A DNA stretch of 64,000 bases. Origin: Spirochaetia bacterium (GTDB lineage: Bacteria; Spirochaetota; Leptospiria; Turneriellales; JAOUOS01). Each line of letters starts with the position of its first letter. Positions within the stretch are counted from its first letter, which is position 1. Shown one piece after another: positions 46,113 through 56,700 of the stretch. The stretch spans positions 43,311-107,310 of the forward strand of contig JAOUOT010000008.1 in NCBI GenBank assembly GCA_029880265.1. The letters run 5' to 3'. Under the pieces are notes generated by a model. That model was given only the letters and a program-made list of their open reading frames with translations, was not told the origin of the DNA and did no database searches. Position numbers and translations under genes: made by a program.

Positions 46113-48425
46113 ATGAATTTAGAACAAATTATTGAACAATTTGAAAGCGACCGGGAATTCAATAAAAATATATCATATGAATATACCGTTGAAGAAAAAA
46201 ACGCTGTTTACGAAAGTTTTCCAGAAGAGTTAGACGCTAGATTAAAAACGGCTCTTGAGCAAACAGGCATTCATAAACTTTATTCGCACCAGAAAAAAGC
46301 TTTTGATTTTTATCGAGAAAAGAAAAATTATGTGATTACCACCCCTACGGCTTCGGGTAAAACTCTGGCGTATTTTTTGCCCATTGTTCAAGACAAACTT
46401 GAAAACAAAGAGGGCAAGCATTTGTTTCTTTTTCCTACAAAGGCCCTCTCAAGAGATCAGGAAAATTTATATAAAAACTGGAAAAATCTTCTTCAAGAAA
46501 ACTGGAACATGAATGTTTTTGACGGCGATACCGCGCCCGACGAAAGAAGAACCGTTAAAAAAGCCTCTGACTTTGTTCTTACGAATCCCGATATGCTGCA
46601 TTCGGGAATCATGCCGCATCATACATCGTGGAAAGATTTTTTCAATAACATTAGAACCATTGTCATTGACGAAATGCACATCTACAGGGGCGTATTCGGA
46701 TCTCATGTCGCCAATGTTTTCAGGCGTTTAAACAGACTGCTTAAACATTACAAGGCAGACCCTATTTATATTTTTGCTTCGGCTACGATAAAAAATCCTC
46801 TTGAATTGGCTTCTGGGCTTTCTGAAAAAAAATTTGAACTCATCGACGAATCGGGGGCCTCAAGCGGCGGCAAAAAAATCATATTTTATAACCCCCCTTT
46901 AATTGGCTCTGAAAATATCAGAAAAAACTCTTATGAAACCGCCGCAAATATAGGAGAGATTCTTATTCAGAACAATATTTCGGTTATTTTTTTTGTTCGC
47001 TCGAGAAACCGGGCCGAGCTTTTATCTTACTTAATAAAAAGCAAACTGCCTGGGTCATACCAGGAAAAAATAAAAAGTTATCGCGGGGGATATCTTCCCA
47101 GTGAAAGAAGAGAAATTGAAAGACAGTTAAGAGAAAACGAAATTACCGCCGTAATTTCAACCAACGCTCTCGAGCTGGGCATTGATATTGGCATGTTAAA
47201 AGCCGTCGTTTCGGTTGGGTATCCCGGCAGTTTCAGCTCGCTTATGCAGCAGTTCGGCAGGGCCGGAAGAAAAAACGAAAAAGCTCTGGCGTTTTTAATC
47301 GGAAAGTCAAACGCCCTGGATCAGTATATTTTGAGTCATCCTGATTTTATCATAAACAGCAAGGGCGAAGAAGCGGTGATCAATCCCGATAATTTAATTA
47401 TTTTTATGGATCACTTAAAATGCGCCGCTTATGAAACCCGTTTTCATGAATCTGACGTTTTCGGCGAGATACCCGTTAAAGAGCATTTAGATTATCTGGC
47501 TGAAAATGACGTATTGCTTTCAAAAGACGAATATTATTTATGGATGAAAGATATTTATCCGGCTTCTTCGGTTTCTCTGCGCTCGGCGGCTCAGGATAAT
47601 TTTGTTATCGTCGATAAAACAAAAGCGGGAAGCGAAACCGTAATCGGCGAAGTGGATAGTTTTTCGGCGCCGACTTTAATTCATGAAGAAGCCGTTTACC
47701 TGCATCAAAATAGACATTACTACGTAAACCGGCTTGACTGGGATAAAAAAAGAGCCGAAGTTACCGAAATTAAGTCTGATTATTTTACTGACGCGCATTC
47801 AAAAACAAACATTAAAATTCTCTCAAAAGATGAAACTAAAAATCGCAATAATATCGTATTAAATTACGGAGAAGTAACCGTTACGACTAAAACTATTTTA
47901 TATAAGAAGATAAAATTGACAACCGGCGAAAATTTAGGCTGGGGCAAAGTTTATACGCCTGAAATTACTATGCATACGCAGGCCGCTTGGATTGAGTTTG
48001 ACGATGAACTAAGGCATACAATGCCCGAAAAAGGAAGAGGGGGCATATTAAACCGCGCCGCTTATCTGCTAAAGCAAATGTCAATGCTTGTGGCTCTCTG
48101 CGATAAAAACGATATATCAGTCTTAGGCTTATGCGAAGAGCCTCAATTTAAGCGTTATGCGCTGGTTTTTTACGATAAGTATCCGGGGGGGGTCGGGCTT
48201 TCTTATAAGCTTATGTCAAACATAAAAACAGTATTAGAGCTTTCTTTAGAGGCGTTGAAAAAATGCTCTTGTTCTGAAGGATGTCCTTCTTGCGTCGGAG
48301 TATGGGAGATACCGCCTATTGACGAAGCCAATTATACTGAGCGTATAGAGCGCGAACAGATACAAGAAATTGCATTTAAAAAAGAAAGCTTAAAGCTTCT
48401 AGCGACTCTTCTTGAGCAAATCTAA
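46113..48425 (+). CDS. DEXH-box helicase with C-terminal DUF1998 zinc module (YprA/MrfA-like)
   Basis: Motif I TPTASGKTLAY, motif II DEMH, SAT, QQFGRAGR; C-terminal CSCSEGCPSCVG four-Cys cluster. Confidence 0.85.
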   Translation: MNLEQIIEQFESDREFNKNISYEYTVEEKNAVYESFPEELDARLKTALEQTGIHKLYSHQKKAFDFYREKKNYVITTPTASGKTLAYFLPIVQDKLENKEGKHLFLFPTKALSRDQENLYKNWKNLLQENWNMNVFDGDTAPDERRTVKKASDFVLTNPDMLHSGIMPHHTSWKDFFNNIRTIVIDEMHIYRGVFGSHVANVFRRLNRLLKHYKADPIYIFASATIKNPLELASGLSEKKFELIDESGASSGGKKIIFYNPPLIGSENIRKNSYETAANIGEILIQNNISVIFFVRSRNRAELLSYLIKSKLPGSYQEKIKSYRGGYLPSERREIERQLRENEITAVISTNALELGIDIGMLKAVVSVGYPGSFSSLMQQFGRAGRKNEKALAFLIGKSNALDQYILSHPDFIINSKGEEAVINPDNLIIFMDHLKCAAYETRFHESDVFGEIPVKEHLDYLAENDVLLSKDEYYLWMKDIYPASSVSLRSAAQDNFVIVDKTKAGSETVIGEVDSFSAPTLIHEEAVYLHQNRHYYVNRLDWDKKRAEVTEIKSDYFTDAHSKTNIKILSKDETKNRNNIVLNYGEVTVTTKTILYKKIKLTTGENLGWGKVYTPEITMHTQAAWIEFDDELRHTMPEKGRGGILNRAAYLLKQMSMLVALCDKNDISVLGLCEEPQFKRYALVFYDKYPGGVGLSYKLMSNIKTVLELSLEALKKCSCSEGCPSCVGVWEIPPIDEANYTERIEREQIQEIAFKKESLKLLATLLEQI

Positions 48426-48520
48426 TAAAAAATTTTAATGATTATTCTAAAAATTGAAGCGGGACGCAAAAAGGTTGACGTCGTCAATTATGATTCTGTA
48501 TTGCCATATTAAGGGTTAAA

Positions 48521-49408
48521 ATGAGTTCTGAAATGCAAAAAATTGAACTGCCGCCGATGCCGCAGGTAGTGTCAAAAATTATTCAGATGGATGAAAATAA
48601 TATTGACTTATCTTCAAATCAGATTCAAAATATTATTTCAGTAGATCCTGGTTTAACGGCAAAAATCTTAAAGCTGGCCAATTCTGCCTTTTATGCCCGA
48701 ACGAAAAAAATTGATAACCTTTCGCAGGCGGTGACGCTTTTAGGGTTTAAAACCATTAAAAGTCTTACTCTTCTCGTTTCTGTCGCAGGCGCAATCGGCA
48801 AAAGCGGCAGCCAGTCAGAAATGCAAAAAGAGCTATGGATACAAGCCGTACTCACCGCTTATATATCTAAAATAATTGCCGGAAAATGCGAATATGCAAA
48901 GCAGCAAGAAGAGGCTTTTTTATACGGTTTATTAAAAAATATCGGCAGACTAATCATACACAACCGCTTTCCTAATTCTTATCAAACAATTTATAAAAAA
49001 AGTTTTAACGGCCTTTATATCGAACAGCTTATAGAGGCTGAAAAAGAAACATTTGGCTTTACCAGCGCCGAAATAGCGGCCGAGGGCATGAGAAACTGGA
49101 ATTTTCCCGAAAACTTAAGCAAGGTTTGTGCTTTAACAACCAATGAATACGATAAAGTTTTTGAAGAAGCCGGTATATTTGCCGTGATTGCGGTTTTAGC
49201 TGAAATTATTGTTCTCTTGCAAAGCATTTCTAAAGATGAAAATCAATTAGAAAAAGATGTTTCTGATAAGCTTGAGGCTATTTTTAAAGAATACGCAAAA
49301 AAACTGAACTTAAATGAAACAACGATAACCTACCTAAGAGGAAATCTCAAAAAACATATTCAACAAGACGATTTTTTTCAGTTTTGCGAAGAAATTTTTA
49401 CAATGTAA
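48521..49408 (+). CDS. HDOD-domain signalling protein
   Basis: LPPMPQVVSKII...DPGLTAKILKLANSAFY...LSQAVTLLGFKTIKSL. Confidence 0.8.
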   Translation: MSSEMQKIELPPMPQVVSKIIQMDENNIDLSSNQIQNIISVDPGLTAKILKLANSAFYARTKKIDNLSQAVTLLGFKTIKSLTLLVSVAGAIGKSGSQSEMQKELWIQAVLTAYISKIIAGKCEYAKQQEEAFLYGLLKNIGRLIIHNRFPNSYQTIYKKSFNGLYIEQLIEAEKETFGFTSAEIAAEGMRNWNFPENLSKVCALTTNEYDKVFEEAGIFAVIAVLAEIIVLLQSISKDENQLEKDVSDKLEAIFKEYAKKLNLNETTITYLRGNLKKHIQQDDFFQFCEEIFTM

Positions 49409-49441
49409 AGTCTAAATTTTCTTTTAAACGATTAAATGAAC

Positions 49442-49978
49442 TTAATTTATAGAGTTTATTTTATTGTTTAGAACTTTAATTTTTTCTGAAACCGAATTGC
49501 TTGTTTCATCGTCAGCGTCAGAAGATATAATTTGTCTGTAAATTATCAAAGCTTCTTTATATGAGCCCATTGAAGCATATATATCCGCTTCTTTTTGCAT
49601 ATATTTTATTCTTTTTTTCTCGTCTTGAATTTCTGCCTGCAACCTTTTATATGAAGAAGCCGCCATTTCGTATTTGTACAGTTTTTCTTGTATAATGGCT
49701 ATTTTCTCAAGAACATAAGAGGTATGACCGCTTTCAGGATATAATTCTAAAAAATCCTGATAATAAGAATAGGCTCTTTTAATCAAATCGTCTTTAAGCA
49801 TATTGTCTGCGACGCTTAAATAAATTTGCTGTTGTTTTTCAAGTACGCTTTCGGGTTGTTTTTCATTCTGCGAAAAAACAGTGTTTTGATTAAGTAAAAA
49901 ATAAACGCTTAATAAAAGAATAAATTGAATGAAACCGTATTTTTTTAATATATAACTCATAAAATATTTATCGGACAA
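49442..49978 (-). CDS. Secreted TPR/YbgF-like protein
   Basis: Signal peptide plus helical-repeat pattern (AYSYYQDFLELYPES, ALIIYRQII). Confidence 0.45.
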   Translation of the reverse strand: MSDKYFMSYILKKYGFIQFILLLSVYFLLNQNTVFSQNEKQPESVLEKQQQIYLSVADNMLKDDLIKRAYSYYQDFLELYPESGHTSYVLEKIAIIQEKLYKYEMAASSYKRLQAEIQDEKKRIKYMQKEADIYASMGSYKEALIIYRQIISSDADDETSNSVSEKIKVLNNKINSIN

Positions 49979-50003
49979 GAAAAAAACTTATAAAACTTTT
50001 TTT

Positions 50004-50534
50004 ATGTCCGATAAGAAAAATATGAACACTATAAACCCGCAAATACAAGATTATATTTTGCAAGAAAAGACTTCGCCTCGAAAAATTAAAAATTTAATTC
50101 TGATAAAGAAATTTATCGATAGAATGGCCGATAAATTATTTCTTCCCGAAGAAGAAATCGCTAAGATTGAGAAAAAATACGGTGTGAAACCAGACTTGCA
50201 GTCGTGGGGAGATTATTTTCAAATAGAAATTATGCGAGACCATCACAAAAAAACAGACGAAGAATTTGAAAAGATTATTCAAACGGTAATTTTTGACGTA
50301 ATCGCCTCAATTTTAATTTTTACCGGTAAACAGAAAAATTTTATAGATCATATTAAAGAAAGACAGTTAGAGGCTTCGCTGAAAAATTCTCAGGAGTTGA
50401 CGGCAGACGACGAAGAGTCTTTACATATGGGAATTCTTTTACAGTACTTTCAAGAAATGGGGCTTTCTATCGACAATATGACCCGCGAAGATTTCACGTT
50501 TTTTGAAGAATTTTCGACAAAACAGGCGATGTAA
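50004..50534 (+). CDS. Hypothetical protein
   Basis: 176-aa ORF, no motif recognised. Confidence 0.4.
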   Translation: MSDKKNMNTINPQIQDYILQEKTSPRKIKNLILIKKFIDRMADKLFLPEEEIAKIEKKYGVKPDLQSWGDYFQIEIMRDHHKKTDEEFEKIIQTVIFDVIASILIFTGKQKNFIDHIKERQLEASLKNSQELTADDEESLHMGILLQYFQEMGLSIDNMTREDFTFFEEFSTKQAM

Positions 50535-50718
50535 AGCCGCTGTTTTAATTTGAGGGGCTATAATTTTTTGAAATCACAAAGCCTGTATAAAACTTTTAAA
50601 AGAAAAAAAAGTTTGACAGAGCTTTAAGTTTTTTTTAGTGGGTATTAGTTCATAAATTTGGCAAAAAGAAAATAAATTCTTATCTTAAGAACCGAAAGAT
50701 ATCAAAGAGGTAAATAAA

Positions 50719-51063
50719 ATGGAAAATATTAAAATAAAAAATGTAGACGATAATAAGGCCGTCGTAAATCTTACCGGCAGGTTAGATGTCGCTATATCGG
50801 GCCAGATTGAAGAAACTTTGTTAGACGTAATTGAGAAGCAATCTATTAAATATATGGTTTTAAATATGGAAGACGTCGAATACATGTCTTCGTCGGGGTT
50901 TAGAGTAGCAATCGCTCTTTTAAGAAAATTAAGAGATAATGAAGGCGTTTTAAAAATTTGCAGCCTGAAACCGGCCGTAAAAAGAATCTTTGACGTAATA
51001 GAGTTGACCTCTCTTTTTGAGATTTACGATAACGAAGAAGAGGCCCTTGCTTCATTACAGTAA
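50719..51063 (+). CDS. Anti-sigma-factor antagonist (STAS/SpoIIAA family)
   Basis: 114 aa; phosphorylatable Ser context EYMSSSGFRVAIALLRKL. Confidence 0.8.
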   Translation: MENIKIKNVDDNKAVVNLTGRLDVAISGQIEETLLDVIEKQSIKYMVLNMEDVEYMSSSGFRVAIALLRKLRDNEGVLKICSLKPAVKRIFDVIELTSLFEIYDNEEEALASLQ

Positions 51064-51880
51064 TGAAATTATTAAACTAATTCTGAAACAAATATTAATT
51101 TCGCTCTTATTGTCTTGTATCGTCATTAATAATTCATGCGCTGAGAGCGAAGGCGAAAATAATAAAACTGAAGAAAGAATTACCAAATCTGAAATTGAAC
51201 TGTTACGGGGAAGATATAACCCGAAAACATCTGAAAATTTTGTAAAAATAACTTCTGATTACGCGTTAAAAAAGTCTCTTTATTTAAATAAAGAGGCTTT
51301 TGAGGCCTTTTTAAGAATGGCCGAAGCCGCAAAAAAAGATAGTATTAACATTTATATTTTATCGGCAACTCGCGATTTTAACGCTCAGAAATCTATATGG
51401 GAGGCAAAATTTAACGGCCAAAGGAAAGTCGGGGGCAAAAATTTAAAAAAATCTATTATAAATAAAAAAGACAGAGCTTTAAAAATTCTGGAATATTCTT
51501 CAATGCCTGGCACGAGCCGGCATCACTGGGGCACCGATTTTGACATTGCCTATTCAAATAAAAACTACTCAAAAGCCCTTACCAATGAGGCCTATGAAAG
51601 CGCAGAAGGCAAGGCATTATATCTTTGGCTGGAAAAAAACGCGCATAAATACGGTTTTTGCCAGCCTTACCAAGATTCTCCGGAAAAGAGAAACTCTAAT
51701 ATTAAAAGAGGATATTTTGAAGAAAAATGGCACTGGTCGTATGTTCCTTTGGCAAAAAAGTATTTAATATTATATAAAAATAATAAAGACTTATTCAAAC
51801 CCGTAGGCTTTGAGGGCGATTCTTTTTCTGAAGAATTTTATATGGATTTTGTTTTAAACATCAGCGGCGATTGTTTATAA
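51017..51880 (+). CDS. M15-family D-Ala-D-Ala carboxypeptidase (VanY-like) lipoprotein
   Basis: SRHHWGTDFD zinc/catalytic block, signal peptide with LLLSC; the ATG start overlaps the STAS gene by 47 nt. Confidence 0.7.
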   Translation: MRFTITKKRPLLHYSNEIIKLILKQILISLLLSCIVINNSCAESEGENNKTEERITKSEIELLRGRYNPKTSENFVKITSDYALKKSLYLNKEAFEAFLRMAEAAKKDSINIYILSATRDFNAQKSIWEAKFNGQRKVGGKNLKKSIINKKDRALKILEYSSMPGTSRHHWGTDFDIAYSNKNYSKALTNEAYESAEGKALYLWLEKNAHKYGFCQPYQDSPEKRNSNIKRGYFEEKWHWSYVPLAKKYLILYKNNKDLFKPVGFEGDSFSEEFYMDFVLNISGDCL

Positions 51881-51915
51881 AGAATGAAATATCAAATTAA
51901 ACCCGCAGGTTATGT

Positions 51916-53472
51916 TTATGGATTTTCAATCCAAACGGTGGTGTTATTGTCTTCAATAAGGTATTCTTTTATGATTCTTTGTATATCTTCTTTTTTTACT
52001 TTTTGCAAATTTTCAATATAAGAAAATAATTGCGTATAATCATTCATTAAAAGTTCATAGTATGTTAAAGAATCGGCTAAGCCGGCGTTTGAAGCCAGCG
52101 AATGAACCATTGCCGCCGTAACATTATTCTTTATTTTTTCAAGCTCTTCTTCAGAAGGACCTTCATTTGCAAGTTTTTCAAGTTCTTCTTTAATAATTTT
52201 CTCAAAAGGCTGATATGATTTTTCGTCATAGGTTCCGGCAAAAATACTAAAGCTATTAGGCAGCTTTTTACCGGGGTTGCCGTTGTAGGCAGAGACATAT
52301 GAAGCCAGCTTTTCTTCAATGACAAGACGTCTGGTAAGGCGCGAAGTCTGTCCGTCGGTTAAAAGGCGCTCTAAAACTTCAAACACAATATCGTCTTTAT
52401 GATTAATGCTCGGTTTGTGCCATCCTGTTATTATATAAGGTGAGTTCTTAACTTTTAATACGGCTGTTTTTCGCCCTTTTTGCGTTTCAAAAGATATCGG
52501 CGGAAATTCAGGCTCTTCTTTGGCGGGTATCTTTTCAAAATAGTTTTTTATGACTTCCAGGGCGGCTTCAAATTCAATGTCTCCTATAACGGCAATAACC
52601 ATGCGCGAAGGTATATAGTTTTTTTCAAAAAACTCTTTTGTTTCCCGCCATTTTAAAAGCGGTATATTGCTCATAAATCCTATTACGGGTTTACCGTAAG
52701 GGCTCATGCCATAAGCCGTTTTTAAATACATTTCATACAAAAGAGACGACGGTCTCGATTCATATCGCATTTTTCTTTCTTCGACTATAACATTTCTTTC
52801 TTCGTAAAACTCTCTAAATACGGGATTTAGAAACCTTTCGCTTTCAAGCCACGCCCATAACTCAAGTCTGTTTTTCGGAAGTTTTATCTGGTAATTTGTT
52901 ACATCGGCCGAAGTGTAGGCATTGTAACCGGCCTGACCGGCTAAGGAATAAACTTTTGAATCTTCTTCGCTTAGTATAAACTTTTGAGAAGCTTTTTTTA
53001 CAAAATTTTGTCTTCGTGAAATATGCTCTAATTTATCGTTTAATTCTTTCTTCTGGTCATTTGTTAAAAGAGGATCTTTTAACGATCTTTTCAGATGGTC
53101 TATTCTTTCTCCGTCTATTTTAATTTGCTCTAAATAAGTTTTTTCGCGGTTATAATCTAATGTGCCGAGTTTTTTTGTGCCCTTAAACAACAAGTGTTCA
53201 AGAAGATGCGCCGTACCCGCCTGATCAAAAGGTTCGTTACTGGAACCGACCCCTACTTTTAAGTAAGCGGCAATAGTAGGAGTATAACCGTTTTGCATAA
53301 GTATTACACGAAGCCCGTTTTTTAGGGTATATTTGCGTATTCTTTTTGAAAATTCTTCTTGCAGTTTATCTATCTTAATAGTCTCTTTTGCGCTTTCGTT
53401 TGAGAATATATTATTGTTGTATAATACCGTTAATATTATACAAAGAGCAAAGGTTTTAGCTGTTTTTTTCAT
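51916..53472 (-). CDS. M16-family (pitrilysin/insulinase) zinc peptidase
   Basis: Inverted zinc motif HLLEH in GTAHLLEHLLFKGT, signal peptide, 518 aa. Confidence 0.85.
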   Translation of the reverse strand: MKKTAKTFALCIILTVLYNNNIFSNESAKETIKIDKLQEEFSKRIRKYTLKNGLRVILMQNGYTPTIAAYLKVGVGSSNEPFDQAGTAHLLEHLLFKGTKKLGTLDYNREKTYLEQIKIDGERIDHLKRSLKDPLLTNDQKKELNDKLEHISRRQNFVKKASQKFILSEEDSKVYSLAGQAGYNAYTSADVTNYQIKLPKNRLELWAWLESERFLNPVFREFYEERNVIVEERKMRYESRPSSLLYEMYLKTAYGMSPYGKPVIGFMSNIPLLKWRETKEFFEKNYIPSRMVIAVIGDIEFEAALEVIKNYFEKIPAKEEPEFPPISFETQKGRKTAVLKVKNSPYIITGWHKPSINHKDDIVFEVLERLLTDGQTSRLTRRLVIEEKLASYVSAYNGNPGKKLPNSFSIFAGTYDEKSYQPFEKIIKEELEKLANEGPSEEELEKIKNNVTAAMVHSLASNAGLADSLTYYELLMNDYTQLFSYIENLQKVKKEDIQRIIKEYLIEDNNTTVWIENP

Positions 53473-53487
53473 TGTGGGTATGATTAT

Positions 53488-54450
53488 TTAGTCTCTTACG
53501 TGAAACTTAAAGGTTAAAGGCTTCTTTTGTCTCTCAAGTTCGATAATTAACTGAGACGGAGGATTTGTTTTTATCGTCTTCCATAGTTCAAACATTCTTT
53601 CGGTATCTGACAGAGAGTGCCCGTTTACCGAACGTAAAATGTCTCCGGCGCGGGCGCCTAAACTGTAAAAAACATGGGTAGGCTTTAATTTATGCAATCT
53701 GTATCCGGTTATTTTACCGTTTTCCATTTTGGGGCCAAAGGCGGCTCCCTGGTAAATGGCGGCTTCGTTGCCGAGTATTTTACTTTTTAGTTCTTCTTTT
53801 GATATTATTTTTTCAATTGTACCAGCGCTCTGTGACGAAGCGGCCGGCGCAGCCGGTTGGCCGGGCATATTTTTTTCGCCGACTTCTATTTTGCTGACGA
53901 CTCCGCCGCGTCTGACTTTAATGTATTCTCTGCCGATATAGATAACGCGCGCCGTGCCTATTTTTTCGCCTATGCCATATTCTTTATTAGACTCTTTAGA
54001 GCCCGTGATATTTACTACCGCGCGGGCGAAAACCGCGGGACCTTCAAGCGTGCCTATTAAGGTAAAGGCCTTGTCTTCTTCAACAGCAATGTCTGCGCCT
54101 TTCGTTTGTATCGAAACCTCTGGTTTTTCAAACATTGTTCCGCCGACAATCTGCGTCGGATCGTAAACCGCTCTTTTATTGGCGACTTTTGCGGCTCTTA
54201 ATTTATTTTTAGGCTGCATAGATACGGTATCGGGATCTGTTTCGCTGATATAATGTACGGCAACGGCGTCAGTTAAACGCGCAGAACCCAGCCCAAAGAG
54301 TATAGCCGCGGCATAAGCCGTAAGACTTTTATTTTGTCTTATTTTCTCAAAAAAACTGATTAAATGCTGCTTAATTTGATCAGGCGATATCTGCATATTT
54401 ATAATATAGAATAAGCGATTAAGCCTGTCAAGATATTTTATTTTCCTCAA
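53488..54450 (-). CDS. PDZ-domain membrane protein (GspC-like)
   Basis: N-terminal TM helix, C-terminal PDZ-like [23 protein letters not shown]; the real start is probably an internal Met. Confidence 0.55.
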   Translation of the reverse strand: MRKIKYLDRLNRLFYIINMQISPDQIKQHLISFFEKIRQNKSLTAYAAAILFGLGSARLTDAVAVHYISETDPDTVSMQPKNKLRAAKVANKRAVYDPTQIVGGTMFEKPEVSIQTKGADIAVEEDKAFTLIGTLEGPAVFARAVVNITGSKESNKEYGIGEKIGTARVIYIGREYIKVRRGGVVSKIEVGEKNMPGQPAAPAASSQSAGTIEKIISKEELKSKILGNEAAIYQGAAFGPKMENGKITGYRLHKLKPTHVFYSLGARAGDILRSVNGHSLSDTERMFELWKTIKTNPPSQLIIELERQKKPLTFKFHVRD

Positions 54451-55582
54451 AAACGAAATTTCTTCGTTTGGCTAGAAATCCGGCTTTTTGAATAAAATCT
54501 TCGGCTTCTTGAATACTTTTTAACCCATGCGATCTTAAGACGTTTTCTTCGATAACCGGCGAATTTATATCATCGGCGCCCCAGTAAAGTGCAAGTTCGC
54601 CTATTTTTGGCCCAGCCACCAGAAGAGACGTTTCTATATGAACAATGTTATCTAAATATAACCTGCATAAGGCGACCATCTTCAAATATTCATTTGCCGA
54701 GACGTGTCTCGTTTTAAAGTTTTTTGTCTGCGGTTGAAATGTCCACGGTACAAAAGAAAGCAAACCGCCTGTTTTATCCTGAAGATTTCGAATTCGACTT
54801 AAATGATAAATCAGTTCTTCGTCATATTCTTCAGAGCCCCAGACTATATTCGCCGAACCCGGAAGTCCGTTTTCATGAGCTTTTTTCATTATCATTACCC
54901 AGTCGTCGGGGCTTATCTTCTTTTCGCTTAATATGTTTCTCATTCTGTCGGTTAATATTTCGGCTCCCGCTCCGGGAAAGCTATCCATGCCGGCGTTTTT
55001 TAGTTCCTGAAAAATTTCTTCAAAACTTTTTCCTGTTTGTTTTTGCATGTATAAAATTTCTACGGGCGAAAACGCTCTTATATGAATATCAGGATATTTG
55101 TTTTTTACCGCAGAAAGCGCGTCTAAATAATAAGAAAAAGGCAAATTGAGATTTACGCCGCCCTGTAAAAAAAGTTGTTTTGCGTCAAGAGCATAGGCTT
55201 CTTTAACTTTTTCAAGAATCTCGTCTGGCGATAAAGTATATCCTTTTTCTTTTTCGGGCCGCGAGACAAACGAACAAAAATTACATTCGATTACGCATTG
55301 GCTGGTATAATTTACAATTCTAAAAACGGTATATGTGACAACATCGGGGGATGTTTTTTCTTCTCTGATAGAGTGGGCGGCTATGCCCATTTTTCGAAAA
55401 TCTGCGTATCTCCATAGAAACAAGGCTTCTTCGGCAGAGATTCTTTCTTTACGAAGACATTTGCCTAGAATCTCGTCTTCTAATTCTTTTATCGCTCCAT
55501 CGGTTTTATTTTTATCTTTTAAAATATCTTTATATATTTGTTTATCTAAAGGGGGAGCGCTTGATGTGGGTATTAAACTCAT
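54428..55582 (-). CDS. MqnC/MqnE/CofH-family radical SAM enzyme (futalosine-type menaquinone pathway likely)
   Basis: [16 protein letters not shown] (CX3CX2C), [29 protein letters not shown] blocks. Confidence 0.7.
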   Translation of the reverse strand: MSLIPTSSAPPLDKQIYKDILKDKNKTDGAIKELEDEILGKCLRKERISAEEALFLWRYADFRKMGIAAHSIREEKTSPDVVTYTVFRIVNYTSQCVIECNFCSFVSRPEKEKGYTLSPDEILEKVKEAYALDAKQLFLQGGVNLNLPFSYYLDALSAVKNKYPDIHIRAFSPVEILYMQKQTGKSFEEIFQELKNAGMDSFPGAGAEILTDRMRNILSEKKISPDDWVMIMKKAHENGLPGSANIVWGSEEYDEELIYHLSRIRNLQDKTGGLLSFVPWTFQPQTKNFKTRHVSANEYLKMVALCRLYLDNIVHIETSLLVAGPKIGELALYWGADDINSPVIEENVLRSHGLKSIQEAEDFIQKAGFLAKRRNFVFEENKIS

Positions 55583-55713
55583 ATTTCTTGAAATGATTTA
55601 TTAAAGATATAATAGAAAAATATTTTGAGCCGGAAAGTGTTTTTTTGCGCCGCTCGTTGCCGATAAATATATATGATATGGCGGCCTGGTAAAATTAGGG
55701 TCTTTATTTAATT

Positions 55714-56643
55714 ATGAAAAATAAGATTTTATATTCATTGATAATTATTTACGCTTTCACTTCATTAGAAAATATCTTTGGATACCATTTTAAATGGGAA
55801 AAGAAAGCAAGCGAACCCGAATTTGAAATTGACATCCCCTCAAACTGGCAGTATACTTATATAACCAAAAGAAACGGAACCGTCGTTACTATCACAGACG
55901 GTATTGCCGTTATAGAGGTTCGAAGCGTTCAACTTGATAAGGCTTTAACGCAAAAAGAGCTTATTAATTTAAAAGCGGCGAGAATGTCGGCTCGTTTTAG
56001 TTATATTCGCCTTTTATATCAAAGAAAGGCTGCCAATCATCGCGAAAGATACATTGCCGCCTGGAAGGTTGTTCATAAAAACAAACAATATACCGAAAAA
56101 ACGGCTTTTGTTTTATTAGAAGACAAACTTTTAGCTTTATCTTGTCTTGTTTTGTCAAAAGATTTCTCAAATTATCGCGTTATTTTTGATAACGCCGCAT
56201 ACTCTCTTGACTTTTCTGAACAGAAACCCGTTCCCGAGCCTGTTGCTGAAGAAACTCAGGAACCCGAAGAAATAAAAATTCCTCCCGAAGACAAGTTATA
56301 TTTTACCGAAGATTATTTATATTTTAACCGGCCAAACAGTATGTATCAGGTATTAAACCCTAAAAACGGCAACCGCACAGTTAAAACCGGTTATGAAATA
56401 ACAGAAGAGAAGCCTCCCGAACCCCCAAAGCCTGTTGTTCCTGAACCGACTTTTGTTCAACCGATACAATTGCCTGAAGCGGCCCCTATTCAATTGCCTT
56501 TTGATGAAGAACCGACAGTATCGCCCGCAAAGCCTCAGGTATCTCAGCCGCAACCTGAGATGCCGTCGTTTGAACCGGCTAGCGAGCCTTCGTTTGAGCC
56601 TGTAGAACCCATTGAAGAAGATACCTTGGCCCCAATGCATTAA
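55714..56643 (+). CDS. Hypothetical secreted protein with Pro/Glu-rich C-terminal tail
   Basis: Signal peptide; the last ~130 aa are PEP/PVP/PQ-rich low complexity. Confidence 0.5.
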   Translation: MKNKILYSLIIIYAFTSLENIFGYHFKWEKKASEPEFEIDIPSNWQYTYITKRNGTVVTITDGIAVIEVRSVQLDKALTQKELINLKAARMSARFSYIRLLYQRKAANHRERYIAAWKVVHKNKQYTEKTAFVLLEDKLLALSCLVLSKDFSNYRVIFDNAAYSLDFSEQKPVPEPVAEETQEPEEIKIPPEDKLYFTEDYLYFNRPNSMYQVLNPKNGNRTVKTGYEITEEKPPEPPKPVVPEPTFVQPIQLPEAAPIQLPFDEEPTVSPAKPQVSQPQPEMPSFEPASEPSFEPVEPIEEDTLAPMH

Positions 56644-56700
56644 AAGTCTTTTTAAGTAATTTGAAGAAGTTCAATTGCCGATAATAACATAAGTTTATTT

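Noticed and set aside
54724-55604. Plus-strand ORFs 54724..55149 (141 aa) and 55335..55604 (89 aa)
   Set aside because: They are antisense to the MqnC/E-type radical SAM gene, whose conserved blocks span the whole region.
56353-56640. Minus-strand 95-aa Arg-rich ORF
   Set aside because: It is a mirror image of the Pro/Glu-rich (CCN/GAA) tail of the plus-strand gene, a typical antisense artefact.
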